Below, piece by piece: positions 13,964-25,673 of a DNA stretch of 64,000 nt; position 1 is the first letter of the stretch, and each line of letters begins with the position of its first letter. Below the pieces are notes generated by a model that saw nothing but the letters and a program-made list of their open reading frames with translations, had not been told where the DNA came from and ran no database searches. Both the position numbers and the translations under genes were made by a program. Origin of the DNA: Chlorokybus atmophyticus (Eukaryota; Plantae; Mesostigma and Chlorokybus algae); the NCBI GenBank assembly GCA_009103225.1, contig RHPI01002503.1:256931-320930 (forward strand), written 5' to 3'.

Positions 13964-16604
13964 AGGTGAGCTTCGTCCTCGAAGCTCGCGAGGTTGTCGT
14001 CGAGCAAGATAGGCACGCACAACGTCTTGAGCATTAGTCAAGTGTGCCTCTGGCTCCCAGGATGCTTCATGCAACGGATAGCCCTTCCATTTCACTAAGA
14101 ACTTGCGTACGCCATGCACAAACTTCTCACCAAGGATGTCTTCTACCTCCCACTCTGGTTTACCGTCCGTGCCAACTTCGGGGGGCGGCCTTTCTGGCGG
14201 TTGTCTTCGATATGCTTTCAGAAGGGAGACGTGAAAAACGGGGTGCACACGCATGGTGTCGGGTAGCTCCAGCTTGTACGCCACGTCCGAGACAACTTTG
14301 CTGACCTTAAATGGTCCCAACCAGCGTTCATTCAGCTTGCAAACTCCCGTACGCACCTGTACGTGCTTCGCGGAGAGTAACACAATGTCGCCTTCTTGAA
14401 ACGTGAGGTGTCGGCGATGCGCGTCCGCGTACTGCTTCTGCCGATTTTGTGCCACCAATAGCGCCTCCCTCGCTGCCTTATTTATGTCCGCGCACTTTGT
14501 ACGGAAGTCATTGGTTGCCTCCACACGCACGTCATGTCGTCGCGGTGTCCATGCCGTCAATGGTGTCAATGGATGTTGCCCGTAGTTCATAAGGAAGGGA
14601 GTGACACCTGTGCTTGCATTGTGGTGGTTGTTGATCGCAAACTTCATCAACTCAAGCAGCTCCGCCCAATTGCCTTGTCGCGCGTTAACGTAGCAACGCA
14701 GCATGTCCTCAATCACACGGTTGGCCTGCTCCGTTTGCCCATCAGTTTGCGGGTGGAATGCCGTGCTAAACTTCAGTGTGGTACCAAGTGCACCATGCAG
14801 CGCCTCCCAAAACTTACTTGTAAAGCGCGGGTCGCGATCACTCACAATGCTTCGTGGTAATCCATGAGAGCGAAACACATGCTTCACGAACAAGCGTGCT
14901 GCCTCCGGTGCCGTGCAAGACTCACTACACGGTGCCAAGCGTACCATTTTGCTGGTTTTGTCGACGAACACAAGTATAGCGTCGTACCCTTCTTTTGTAT
15001 TTGGTAGCCCCGTGATAAAGTCCATGGTAACTTGCTCCCACTTGGATAATGGCACAGGGAGAGGTTGCAGGTCCCCACCTGGCTTTTGGTTGCTTGCCTT
15101 CACCCTTTGGCATGCGTCGCACAACGCCACGTAGTCGCGCACATCGCGATGCATCTCTCGCCAGTAAAAACGCTGTTTTAAGCTTGCCAAAGTCCTTTCC
15201 AACCCTTGGTGACCAGCAATGGGCACGTCATGAGCTTCCTTCAGCAACTTCACGCGGATATGCGCGATGTTGGGGATGTACAAGCGCCCGTGGTGCCACA
15301 GCAGCCCGTCGCGCATTGACCAATGCCCACTTGTGTCCGTAGCTGCATTTTCCAGCTCTTGCAACACTTTCATACCCTCCGTGTCTTCACGAAGCACTTG
15401 TCGAATCTGGTCGGTCCACTCGGGCTGCACTTGAGCCAGGGCCTCAATTGCATTAAGCCGGCTCAGCGCGTCAGCAACACCATTTGACGTATCGGGCTTG
15501 TACTTGATATCGAAGTCAAAAAGTTGAAAGAACTCAAGCCATCGAGCTTGTCTGCGACTCAGATGAGGTTGTGTTTGTAAGTACCTCAGTGGAGAGTGAT
15601 CCGTCTCAAGCACGAACTATTTGCCTTCTAGAAAACAACGCCATTATCGTAGTGCCATGACTTGCGCTAAAAGTTCCTTCTCGTGCACGGGGTAATTCAG
15701 CTCCGCACCACTCATCTTCTTGCTGTCGAATGCTACTGGTTGAAGGCCGTTGCCATGGTCTTGCTGCAAAACAGCTCCTACGGCTGTGTCGGACGCGTCG
15801 CAAGCCAAAGTAAATGTCTTTTCCATGTCGGGGTGAGCCAGGACTAGTGCCTTCGTCAGCGCCTTCTTCAACGCAGCAAATGCATGTTCCTCTGTTGCTG
15901 ACCAGCTCCAAGGCTTTCCCTTCTTGAGTAAGGCAGTTAAGGGAGCAGCTATGCGCGAAAACCCTATGATAAACTTGCGATAATACCCCGCAAGGCCTAA
16001 AAAGGACATCACCTCCTTTACGCTGGTTTGGGAAGCCCACTCGCGCACCACCTGCACTTTGTTGGGGTCCGGCTTGATGCCTTCATGCGACACGATGTGG
16101 CCTAGGTACTCCACCTCTCGAAGCAAGAATTTGCACTTTTGTAGCTGGGCGTACAACTTGTGTTCGCGCAAACGCTGCAACACGCGCCGTAGAAGTGCCA
16201 CGTGCTCCTCCTTTGTTTTCGCGTACACCAAAATGTCGTCGAGGTACACGAGGATTCCCTTACCAATCAAGTCAGCAAAAACGCTGTTCATAAGCGTTTG
16301 AAATGTTGCCGGTGCATTCGTAAGTCCGAAGGACATGACCAACCACTCGTAGTGCCCATAACGTGTGTTAAATGCTGTTTTCTCCACATCCTCGGGCGCG
16401 ATGCGGAATTGGTAATAACCTCCAGCAAGTTCAAGTGTTGTGAAGTATTGCGCACCTTGCAATTGCTCCAGCAACTCGTCGATACGTGGGAGTGGAAAGC
16501 AATTCCTCTTCGTGATGTTGTTGAGAGCTCGGTAGTCGACGCACATGCGCAAGCTCCCGTTTTTCTTTCGTACAAACAAAATAGGTGCACCATAGGGGGA
16601 CTTA
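13951..16604 (-). pseudogene. pol: Element A pol: RT, RNase H, integrase, chromodomain; protease and RT N-terminus missing
   Basis: [41 protein letters not shown], integrase D-D-E (TMDF / SDRD / QTEQ), chromodomain WEVEDIL...FLVKWKGY...SWEP. Frameshift near 15620-15645. Confidence 0.93.
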
Positions 16605-16822
16605 CTAGTTGACGCGACGATCACGGCGAGGGTTGCCATCCAGTGTTGGCCTTTGCGTGCTTCGTTTGGGACATCCGTATGCCAAATGCTCCGTTGACCC
16701 ACAGGCATAACACTTGCGCACACCTTTACCTCTTTCACCACGTCCACCGTGCTTCGCCTCAATTCCATGCGTGTGTATGGCACCCACCTCCATTGGTGCA
16801 GGCCCAGAGTCAGCTCCACCTC
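16605..16822 (-). pseudogene. gag: Element A gag C-terminus with zinc knuckle
   Basis: CYACGSTEHLAYGC (CCHC). Rejoins 23699 as ...TLANGG|GADSGPAPMEV... when element B is removed. Confidence 0.88.
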
Positions 16823-17159
16823 TGTAACAGTGTGCTACCTCCATGGAGGTTCCCCGCCCTTATTTAGGATTAAATAAGGGTCCCAACGGGATTATACAGC
16901 CTATTAAGCCATATTAGGGCCGTTAACTTATGTTAAGGCCCTAATGTAGTGTTACTTATCTGTAACACTGATATCGACATGAGACATGAGTCTCATGTCG
17001 ATATCAGCCGCATGGCGGCGCTGCTAACGCAGCGACCGCCATAGCCAGGGGATCTTCTGCTTCGGCACTTCCCCGTGGCGGCGGCGGCGTGGGCGTGGTG
17101 GCTGGTGGTGGTGTTGGGGTAGGGGATTAAAGGGAGGAGGGAGGCACCCCTCTCTTACA
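16823..17159 (+). repeat. Element B 5' LTR (337 bp, hairpin-rich)
   Basis: Matches 23350-23693. Confidence 0.95.
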
Positions 17160-17160
17160 T

Positions 17161-17172
17161 TGGTATCGAAGC
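17161..17172 (+). promoter_or_regulatory. Element B primer-binding site (tRNA-iMet-like)
   Basis: TGGTATCGAAGC directly after the LTR, close to canonical TGGTATCAGAGC. Confidence 0.8.
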
Positions 17173-17329
17173 GCGGGCGGCGAGGGGCTTGTGGGAGAGG
17201 CGGCGGCAGGCGGCAGCGACTGCGGCGGCAGGCGGCAGCACTAACCAGCGGCGGCAGGCGGCAGCGACTGCGGCGGCGGCAACTAGCAGCCGCTACCCAC
17301 TAGGGTGGGTAGTGGTAGTTGTTAGCTAG

Positions 17330-17361
<32 letters not shown>

Positions 17362-18062
17362 ATAATAGTTATAATTGCTGCTGGTGCTTAGCCTAGCTTA
17401 GCCTGGTTTTGCTTGCCTTGCCCTGCCTTGCCTAGCCAGGCTTGTTAGCTTGCGTGAAGGGGAGGCGGCCACTTAGGCAGCCCCCCCCCCCCAGCATTGC
17501 ATGCTCAGCACATCACTTGTAATCACATTATAATGTGATAACATACTGTGCTCGTGCTTATGTGCTTGCCACCACGTGGATTCGTGGTGGTGTAAAGGGT
17601 GTGAAATTGTATCACAAGTCCAACCCTTGTGAGGCAGTCCGGTGGCAACATCGGCTGCCGTTACCGCCAGTCAGTGCGGTGAGGCCGCCAGAGTCACTCT
17701 GTGCGGCCGATATCAAACTCACAACTCACAACTCGCTGATATCGGCCTGTAGGGTTGATTCAACGAGATTTTTGCACCCTGTGTGTCAATTACAATTGTG
17801 GGTTGAGCTGAGTTGTACAAAGTGAAAACTTTGACAAGTTGTAACTTGTGAACCGCCGCGTGGATTCGCGTGCGGTTTGTTTTAACTTGAGTGTCTAGTT
17901 GAAAGGTGTGTGGAGAGCTCTTGTTTGAGCTGAATACTCCACGTTAAGCACTTGAAACTTGACGAGACAAAATCTATGGATTTTGACACTTTTGCAGTGC
18001 ACAACTTGGGTGTTTTGTGCACTTGCACACTTCTACTATTGACGGCTTGTATTCTTGGGCAG

Positions 18063-21000
18063 ATGTCTTACCAAGGAGGGGATGATGTGGAGAAGTCCAC
18101 ATCATATGAGCCATCGAGTGAAGAGGAAGTGAACTACTCTGATACGAGTGAAAGCTATAAGCTTACTGACAGTGAGAAGGAAGGAGCTAAGCAAGACATC
18201 GAAGCTTCTCCCAACCAGTCTTCTCAGAGTGCACCAGTGGACACTCACAGTGTCATTGGCGGGGCCATTGAGAAGTATGCAGAAGAGCGTAAAGCTCTGC
18301 TTGCTGCCCACCCTCGGCTTCGTTAGGAAACGTGGGAAGCATGGGCGCAGACGGTTCGTGATGGCTATGAGACAAACTTTGCCACACTCCCTCGTGCAAC
18401 CAAGGAGATAATGATCCGCATGCTCGAACATGAGCTGACGAACAACATCCCGCCACTCGTGCGAGGTGATCCAAAGGTGGCAGCTATCATGGCCGTATAC
18501 GATAAGCCGCTCCCTTACCAAGGCAAGTGAATGGCGTTTGAGGCTTTGGCCAACTTGGGAGTGGAAACCTCACAGCGTTGCAAGGATGTGTTCTGGTACT
18601 TGGGACCTAACTTGGAAGACAAGTTGACTGGCCGAGTGCAGTTGACGGCACGCCTCGATGCCATGCAGGCTGAGTTGGTGGCGCTGCGCCAACAGGTGGC
18701 AGGTGCTACTTCGGCAGCTGGGGCATCAGCAGGTCTGCCGGTGACAGCTCTGAACAAGCCTGAGAAGTTCAAGCCTAACGGCAGCGTCAGCATTCATGAC
18801 TGGGTGGTCACTGTCGAGAACTACTTGACGGCACTCAAGCGCTCGGTTAATGAGCACATTGCTGTTGCTGAGTTGCTCATGCCATCCGATGCTCTCGCCG
18901 AATGGGCAAGGCAGACAGAAGATGGTGCTGCCAAGACAGTGGAGGCACTTTTCCAGTTCCTGATGGAACGCTATGATGGCATGGACCCGGCTACTCAGGC
19001 TCGCAACAAGCTCAGCAAGTTGCGCCAGAATGGTCGGGCGGCCTCAACCTATCTGCAGGATTTTTAGGCATTGGTGGGTCGTGCGAACAGCGGCCTCATG
19101 CCCATGGACAAGGCCGAGCAGTTTGAGTTGTACAAGCGCGGCTTGGATGCGCGTGTGCGTGATCAGCTGCAGTACAACACAGCAACGGGACTTCCTTGGG
19201 TTCCAGAGGACTTGGCCAAGCTGCAGAAGCTGAGCGTGTACCTGTACAATGATGACACGACGGTGCAAGACAAGTCACATGTGGCAGTTTCGGCCAAGCC
19301 GCCGGGGGTGGGAGGAAAGCGTTTCTCTCATCCGAGTGCACACCTGGCAAAGAAGGCGAAGACATTTGGTGCTTCTACCAGTGGCGCACCTGCTGGTGGT
19401 AGCATGCCACATCGCAAAGAACTGCCCAACTAAGGGGAAGGGCAAGGGCAAGAAGGTCGAATAGGATTACGCCGTGACTGATGTAGGAGTGGTTGATAAC
19501 CAGTTGCTTGTACTAGTGGCAAACTGGTTTGATGAGCTGTCCCAAGTGCATGTAATGACGCATGCATGGCAAGCACATAACAAATTGCCACTTTTTGATG
19601 TTGAAAAGGTGGAAGAGAATGCTTGTGTGTTGGTACATGTGGAGTTTAACATGCTTACCGATGTGTTGCACACTTTGACCAAGTTGCAAAGTAAGCACAG
19701 AACCTTAAGTGTGGTAGTGATGGTGCCTAAATATCATGGCCCATGGTTAAAACACACTCGAGGGGGAACTGTGTTGAAGCAATTTAGCAAGCGTGAAACT
19801 GGGACAATGCGATTGTCAGCAATTTTACTCAACCCTCGCATTAGTCACGGACTCTTGGCAACATTTCAAGGACGGGTAGTACCTCTGTTGTGGACATTCA
19901 GTGGCACAATGGAAAGGGTAAATAGTTCGTTCTTGATTGACACTGGTGCAACACACAATTTCGTTGAGAACAATGGGTTGTGCGCAACAAGATAGCGTGT
20001 AAACCCTCTGCATTTTCAGCTGCCGGTGCGGGGGGTGCGTTGCCAGTGAAAGGGGAAATACAAATGAAAATAAAGATTGGTAATTATCATGCCACTCTTA
20101 CTTTCATAGTGGTATCCATCGACATATCAGGTGTTGATGTGGTATTAGGACAGGTATGGCAGGAGAATGTCAAAATGACATTGGATACTGGGGCACGCTT
20201 GTGCACATTAAAGAAAGGTCGTAAGCGTGTAACATTGTCTGTGAAAGGGTCACATAGCTCGAACCACAAGCAGCCCGACCCAGCGCTACTCACTGCACTG
20301 CAAGTGAAACGTGCGTTGCGCAAAAACACACCGGCTCCTCTGGTACACTTGACGTCGTCGGACAACTTTGTGCCGGGAAATACAGAAGGTGTTGCAGACA
20401 TCATTGAGAAATATCAAGATGTGTTCTCAGATGAGTTGCCAGGCTTACCTCCTGATCGAGGTGTCAGACACACAATACCACTTATTCCTGATAGTGAGCC
20501 TCCGTTTCGGCCTATATATAGGCTGAGCCCCCAAGAAAGGGAAGAAATGGAAACTCAAATCAAAGAGTTATTGGAAAAGGGATTAATTGAACCCAGTTCT
20601 TCACCCTTTGGCGCGCCCATCTTGTTTGTGATGAAAAAGAATGGAAAGCTGCGCATGTGTGTGGATTACCGTGCTTTGAACAAGATCACGGTAAAGAATC
20701 GATACCCGTTGCCCCGGATTGATGATGTGTTTGATAAACTGTCGGGAAATGCGTACTTTAGTACGTTGGACTTGACAAGTGGGTATCATCAAATCCGGAT
20801 TCATCCTTCTGATGTTTACAAAACAGCATTTAGAACACCTTCAGGCCAGTATCATTACAAAGTGTTACCTTTTGGATTGACTAATGCGCCTGCAGTGTTT
20901 CAGAAGGAATGAATAAGATTTTTGGTGGCATACTTGGCAAGTATGTTATGGTTTACTTGGATGACATCATTGTCTTTAGTGAAACCAAGGAAGAGCATAA

Positions 21001-23227
21001 GCCGCACTTGAAAACAGTGTTCGCCTTGCTGCGTACACATCGCTTGTTTGCCAACTTGTCAAAGTCTGACTTTTGCAAGACAGAGTTGCCATTCTTAAGG
21101 CATATTGTGAGTGGTGCGGGTGTAAAACCTGACCCTCGCAAAGTGCAAATGGTAAAAGATTGGCCTCAACCTAAGAATATCCATCAATTGCGATCATTCT
21201 TGGGGTTGGCAAACTACTTTCGCAAGTTTATGATGGGGTACTCTACAGTTGTGGTGCCTTTGACAAAACTATTACGAAAAGATGCCCCATTCTCTTGGAC
21301 AGCAACACAAGAAGCTGCTATGCAACAAGTGAAGCTGGCTTTGACTTCGGCACCAGTATTGGCATTGCCAAATTGGGATAAACACTTCACTGTGATTTGC
21401 GATGCCTCCACCCTTGGGTGTGGTGCAGTATTGCTACAGGATGGCCGACCATGTGCTTATGAGAGTAGGAAATTCATCCCAGCAGAGGTGAACTACACTA
21501 CCACTGAGCAAGAATTGCTTGGTATAGTGCATGCTCTTGAAACATGGTGATGTTATGGAGGGAGTTTAGTTCACAGTGGTGACTGATCACAACCCGTTGG
21601 CGTACTTCTCAACACAGCTAAACTTGTCGCGTAGGCAGGCTCGCTGGAATAAGTTCTTGTCGCGATTTACCTTTGAATGGGTATACCGGCCGGGCAAGAC
21701 TAATGTGGCAGATCCTCTGAGTCGCTGTCCGTCATTGTTGGCAGTTATGCATGCGCAGTTGCTTGCAACGCAGGGTTCATTGCCTCTTAATGATGAGTTT
21801 GTGCAAGCTGTTTTACAGGGGTATGCATTAGACCCATGGTTCTCTGTACAACAGAATGTACAACAGCTTGACAAACGAGACAACTTGTATTATACGCCAG
21901 CTTGGTGATACCTGACCATGCTGGGTTGCGCATAAAATGCATAGCTGAAGTACACGATCCACCGTATGCTTGGCACTTTGGCGGTCGCAAGACTACTAAT
22001 GCAGCGCAACAGTTGTACTGGTGGTGGTCATCGTAGCCTGTTGACGTGAAGCATTATGTTGACGCGTGTGACAAATGTCAGCGTGACAAGCCGTTACGTC
22101 AGAAACCCGCTGGGTTGCTGCGACTTTTGCCTGTTCCTGATGGCAAGTGGGAAAGTGTGAGTATGGACTTAAATACTGAGCTCCCAGAGACAGCATTAGG
22201 GCACACTGCGGTTGCAGTTTTTGTGAAACGTTTAACAAAAATGGTTCACATTGTCCCTTGCCGCACGAAAATAGGCTCCCGTAAATTAGCGATGATTTTT
22301 GTCGCCTCTGTGTTTAAGTTACATGGCTTGCCTCGTAACTTCGTGTCTGATCGCGATCCGCGATTTGTAGCTCAGTTCTAGAAGTCGCTATGCAGCTTCT
22401 TATATATTCAGCAGAATATGAGCACAGCTTACCATCCATAGACGGATGGTCAGACAGAGCGCGCCAATCAAGTGTTTGAGGAAACCATCCGGCATTATGT
22501 CAGTCCAAACCAATCTGATTGGGATGTTTATCTCCCAATGGCTGAGTTCGCGATTAACAATGCATGGCAAGAGAGTGTGCAGGAAATTCCATTTTTCTTA
22601 AATTATGGAGTGCATCCACTAAGTCCTGCAAACACTACATTGCCCGCTACCGACATAACTCGCGTACTCGCAGCGCGCGAGATGGCTTCGGCCATGCAGG
22701 ATAGGTTAGCGTTGGCAAAGGACTGTTTGCGCGCAGCGCAGGACAGACAAAAAGCCCATGCTGATGCGCATCGCAGAGAGGCCAACTACGATGTGGGCTG
22801 TTCGGTGCTTCTCAGCACCAAAAACATATCCATCAAGGGAGTGGGTACCCGCAAGTTTTTCCCTCGCTGGATAGGCCCGTTTAAAGTGATTGATCGGGTC
22901 GGCACTCACGCGTATCGTTTGGACTTGCCAAAATCGATACGTATTCACAATGTGTTTCATGTGAGTGTACTTAAACCGTACCGTTTTAACGGTCGGGTTC
23001 AACCTCCTCCACCCCCCGTTGCAGTGGATGGCGACGATACTTTTGAGTATGAAGTGAAAGCAATCCTGAGTCATCGTAAGCCTCGACGCGGACGCGCGCC
23101 GTCTTACTTGGTAAAATGGAAAGGGTATGGTGTTGAACACAATACATGGGAGCCCGAAAGGAATCTTACCAACTGCCAGGAGATTCTTCGGGGGTACTGG
23201 AGTACTGTGTCCACACGCGGACGGTAA
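18063..23227 (+). pseudogene. Element B gag-pol (Gag, extra domain, protease, RT, RNase H, integrase, chromodomain) with many stops and frameshifts
   Basis: KPEKFKPNGSVSIHDWV (gag), FLIDTGATHNFV (protease), YLDD, ICDAS, integrase core SDRDPRF, chromodomain YEVKAIL...YLVKWKGYG...TWEP. In-frame stops at 18324, 18528 and 19065. Confidence 0.92.
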
Positions 23228-23349
23228 AAGGGTGCTGGCGGACATCTTTACCGCTTCGGCCCTGATTCTCTTACTACTTTCGTTTCTTTACTCGTGGTGG
23301 GGCTTTGCTAACCCTTCAATGAGGACATTGAAACCTAAGTGGGGGGGAA

Positions 23350-23693
23350 TGTAACGGTGTGCTACCTCCATAGAGGTTCCCCGCCCTTATTTAGGATTAA
23401 ATAAGGGTCCCAACGAGATTATACAGCCTATTAAGCCATATTAGGGCCGTTAACTTATGTTAAGGCCTTAATATCGTGTTAGTTATCTGTAACACTGATA
23501 TCGACAATCGACATGAGACTCATGTCTCATGTCGATATCAGCCGCATGGCGGCGCTGCTAACGCAGCGCCCGCCATAGCCAAGGGATCTTCTGCTTCGGC
23601 AGTTCCCCCTGGCGGCGGCGTCGTGGGCGTGGTGGCTGGTGGTGGTGTTGGGGTAGGGGATTAAAGGGAGGAGGGAGGCACCCCTCTCTTACA
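23350..23693 (+). repeat. Element B 3' LTR (344 bp)
   Basis: Matches the 5' LTR with substitutions and a 7-bp duplication. Confidence 0.95.
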
Positions 23694-23698
23694 ACCTC

Positions 23699-24490
23699 CA
23701 TTAGCAAGTGTTAAACTTGGTTCTCCTCGTCTCCATGCATGTTGAAAGCCTCCCCGGGGCTGATCACCATGCCTTTGCCTCCAGTCAGTGTTTCTTGTGG
23801 TGGACTTAAAGTACAACGCGTCGAGACGCTCCGCGATGCTTATAGCCTCCGCGAGTGTCTTCAAGTCCCGTAGCTCCACTTCTTTACGGCCCCAAGGTTT
23901 TAACCCACGTGTATACCTGTCCAGCTGCTCCTCCTCGGTCATATTGGGTATGGACATCACCAATCACTGAAACGCGGCCGTGTACGCCATCACCGACCCC
24001 ATTTGCACAAGGGCTGCAAGTTTGCGCGTGCGGCCTTCACGCTCTCAACGCGAACATATTGATGCCTGACCTCCAGTGCCAACTCTTCCATGGTGGTCAA
24101 TGGTAGCGCCAACCCGTTTGCAACACGCGTACATCGATGCCTCCACCACACAAGTGCCGCACCTTCAAGCAATGTCGCTGCAACCTCCACATGCAGATGC
24201 GTGGGCACCTCCGTGAGCTTCAACCAAGACGATACCTGAAAAATCCATTCATCCACTGCATCTCCATCACGTTGACCCCTGAATGGCTTGGGCTTTGGCA
24301 CCTTCACATGCATGCGCGAGCTTGATGCCATGGGAATTTGTACACGCGCCATCGCATGCTCATACGCCTCGCGTTGTGCTTGTGCCGCCGCTTGCGTGTG
24401 ATGAAGCTCTTCTCTTAATGCTAAGATGGCAGCTTGAAGCTCTTCCATGCGAGCATCCTCCATCTCCACTAACACACTGCACTCCGCTTC
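23699..24490 (-). pseudogene. gag: Element A gag, N-terminal and capsid part (frameshifted)
   Basis: VPKPKPFRGQRDGDAVDEWIFQV...LLEGAALVWW; ...EEEQLDRYTRGLKP...KTLAEAISIAERLD. Confidence 0.88.
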
Positions 24491-24543
24491 CAAATGAAAA
24501 TTGTAAACGCCCACACACTTCCGCTCTCACCTTCGTAAACCGC

Positions 24544-24555
24544 GCTCCGATACCA
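24544..24555 (-). promoter_or_regulatory. Element A primer-binding site (tRNA-iMet)
   Basis: Minus strand TGGTATCGGAGC, 2 nt from the LTR end. Confidence 0.85.
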
Positions 24556-24557
24556 GT

Positions 24558-25057
24558 TGTGACGGTGCTTGTGCCTTGCTACCTGTGAGTTGGTCCAATC
24601 CACAACCCTCTCACCAAGGCACAGTATTCACACCGGAACCTTGTCCCCTCTGCCAAGCACACACACGCGCCTCGCCACTCGCGTACGCACGCGCATGCGC
24701 TCGAAGCTACACACCGACTTGTGTAGCGCCTTGGATCGTCACACAAACAAGCACACACCAGTGGCCATACGCTAGCAACCCCTGCTAACCACCACCAAGC
24801 TTGCACACCAGAAACTAGGGAGCTAAAGGTTGTATTGCAAATTGTAGAATGTCACTTTATACCTACCAGTCTGCACATGCTACTGTCTAGACCATTCTAG
24901 CGCTAGACGGAACTAGAAGCTAAGATGTATATTGCAGAACCTTGTAGTACACTTCTAGACCTTTCCAACGCACCAAAGATCTCCTAAACCTTGCTGCTCA
25001 TATGGTCAAGTTATACTACTTGGCGCCAGGCCCTTCCAAAAATCTGGTCGAGCCCTT
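24558..25057 (-). repeat. Element A 5' LTR, part left of the element C insertion
   Basis: Matches 13281-~13777; resumes at 37001. Confidence 0.94.
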
Positions 25058-25661
25058 TGTCATGCCTATCGCCCCGGCATGCCAGTCGTCATCGGGCATG
25101 CCTACAGCGAGACCCTCACCCGGCTTACCAGCATGGCAACCCGCGTGCGCCTCTGACCAGTAGCTAGGTCATGTCCCTAGAGTAGTTCGTGACCATAGCC
25201 TGCATAGGCACCGCGCGTAGCTGTGCAGTTGTGAGTTCAGTTATAAGTCCGGTTCTATATCGAGGGGGCATTTCCTGTGGAAATAGCCTCGATATGACCG
25301 TTAGCTTATGTTCCGGACATTCATGAGTTGACTTGTATAAGTAAGCACAGTGTTCACCGGATCAGCTGGTGACACTGTAAGTGAGAAAGCTAAGAGCTTG
25401 TGAAGCGACTTGAACTACGAACACACCGTCCTGGTTCCCAAGAATCCCCTCACCGTGTGAGAGCCTGTGCATGTTCTTGTGCACTGTGCTTGTTCTTGCT
25501 GTGAGCTTTGTGTACTTGGTCGCGGTGTGCTTGTTGGCATCAGTCAGGGCATAGCATCCACGTGTTGCTTGCTCATTCACCTCACTTAACAGTGTAATCC
25601 CTCTCCCACTCACGCAAAGAACTGTGTAAACAGCACTACCTATAGTAGTGGCTTGTTGACT
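25058..25661 (+). repeat. Element C repeat A1 (604 bp)
   Basis: Near-identical to 35329-35932 and 36164-36767. TATA-like TATAAG at 25336. Confidence 0.95.
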
Positions 25662-25673
25662 TACAGTGTCACC
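25659..25673 (+). promoter_or_regulatory. Putative self-priming primer-binding site of element C
   Basis: ACTTACAGTGTCACC is the exact reverse complement of GGTGACACTGTAAGT at 25368-25382. No TGG-type tRNA PBS is present. Confidence 0.7.

Larger units (their letters stand above)
16823..23693 (+). mobile_element. Ty3/gypsy chromovirus-like LTR retrotransposon, element B, inserted in gag of A
   Basis: LTRs 16823-17159 and 23350-23693 (TGTAAC...TTACA); TSD ACCTC (16818-16822 and 23694-23698); PBS TGGTATCGAAGC at 17161; PPT GGGGGGGAA at 23341-23349. Confidence 0.96.
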
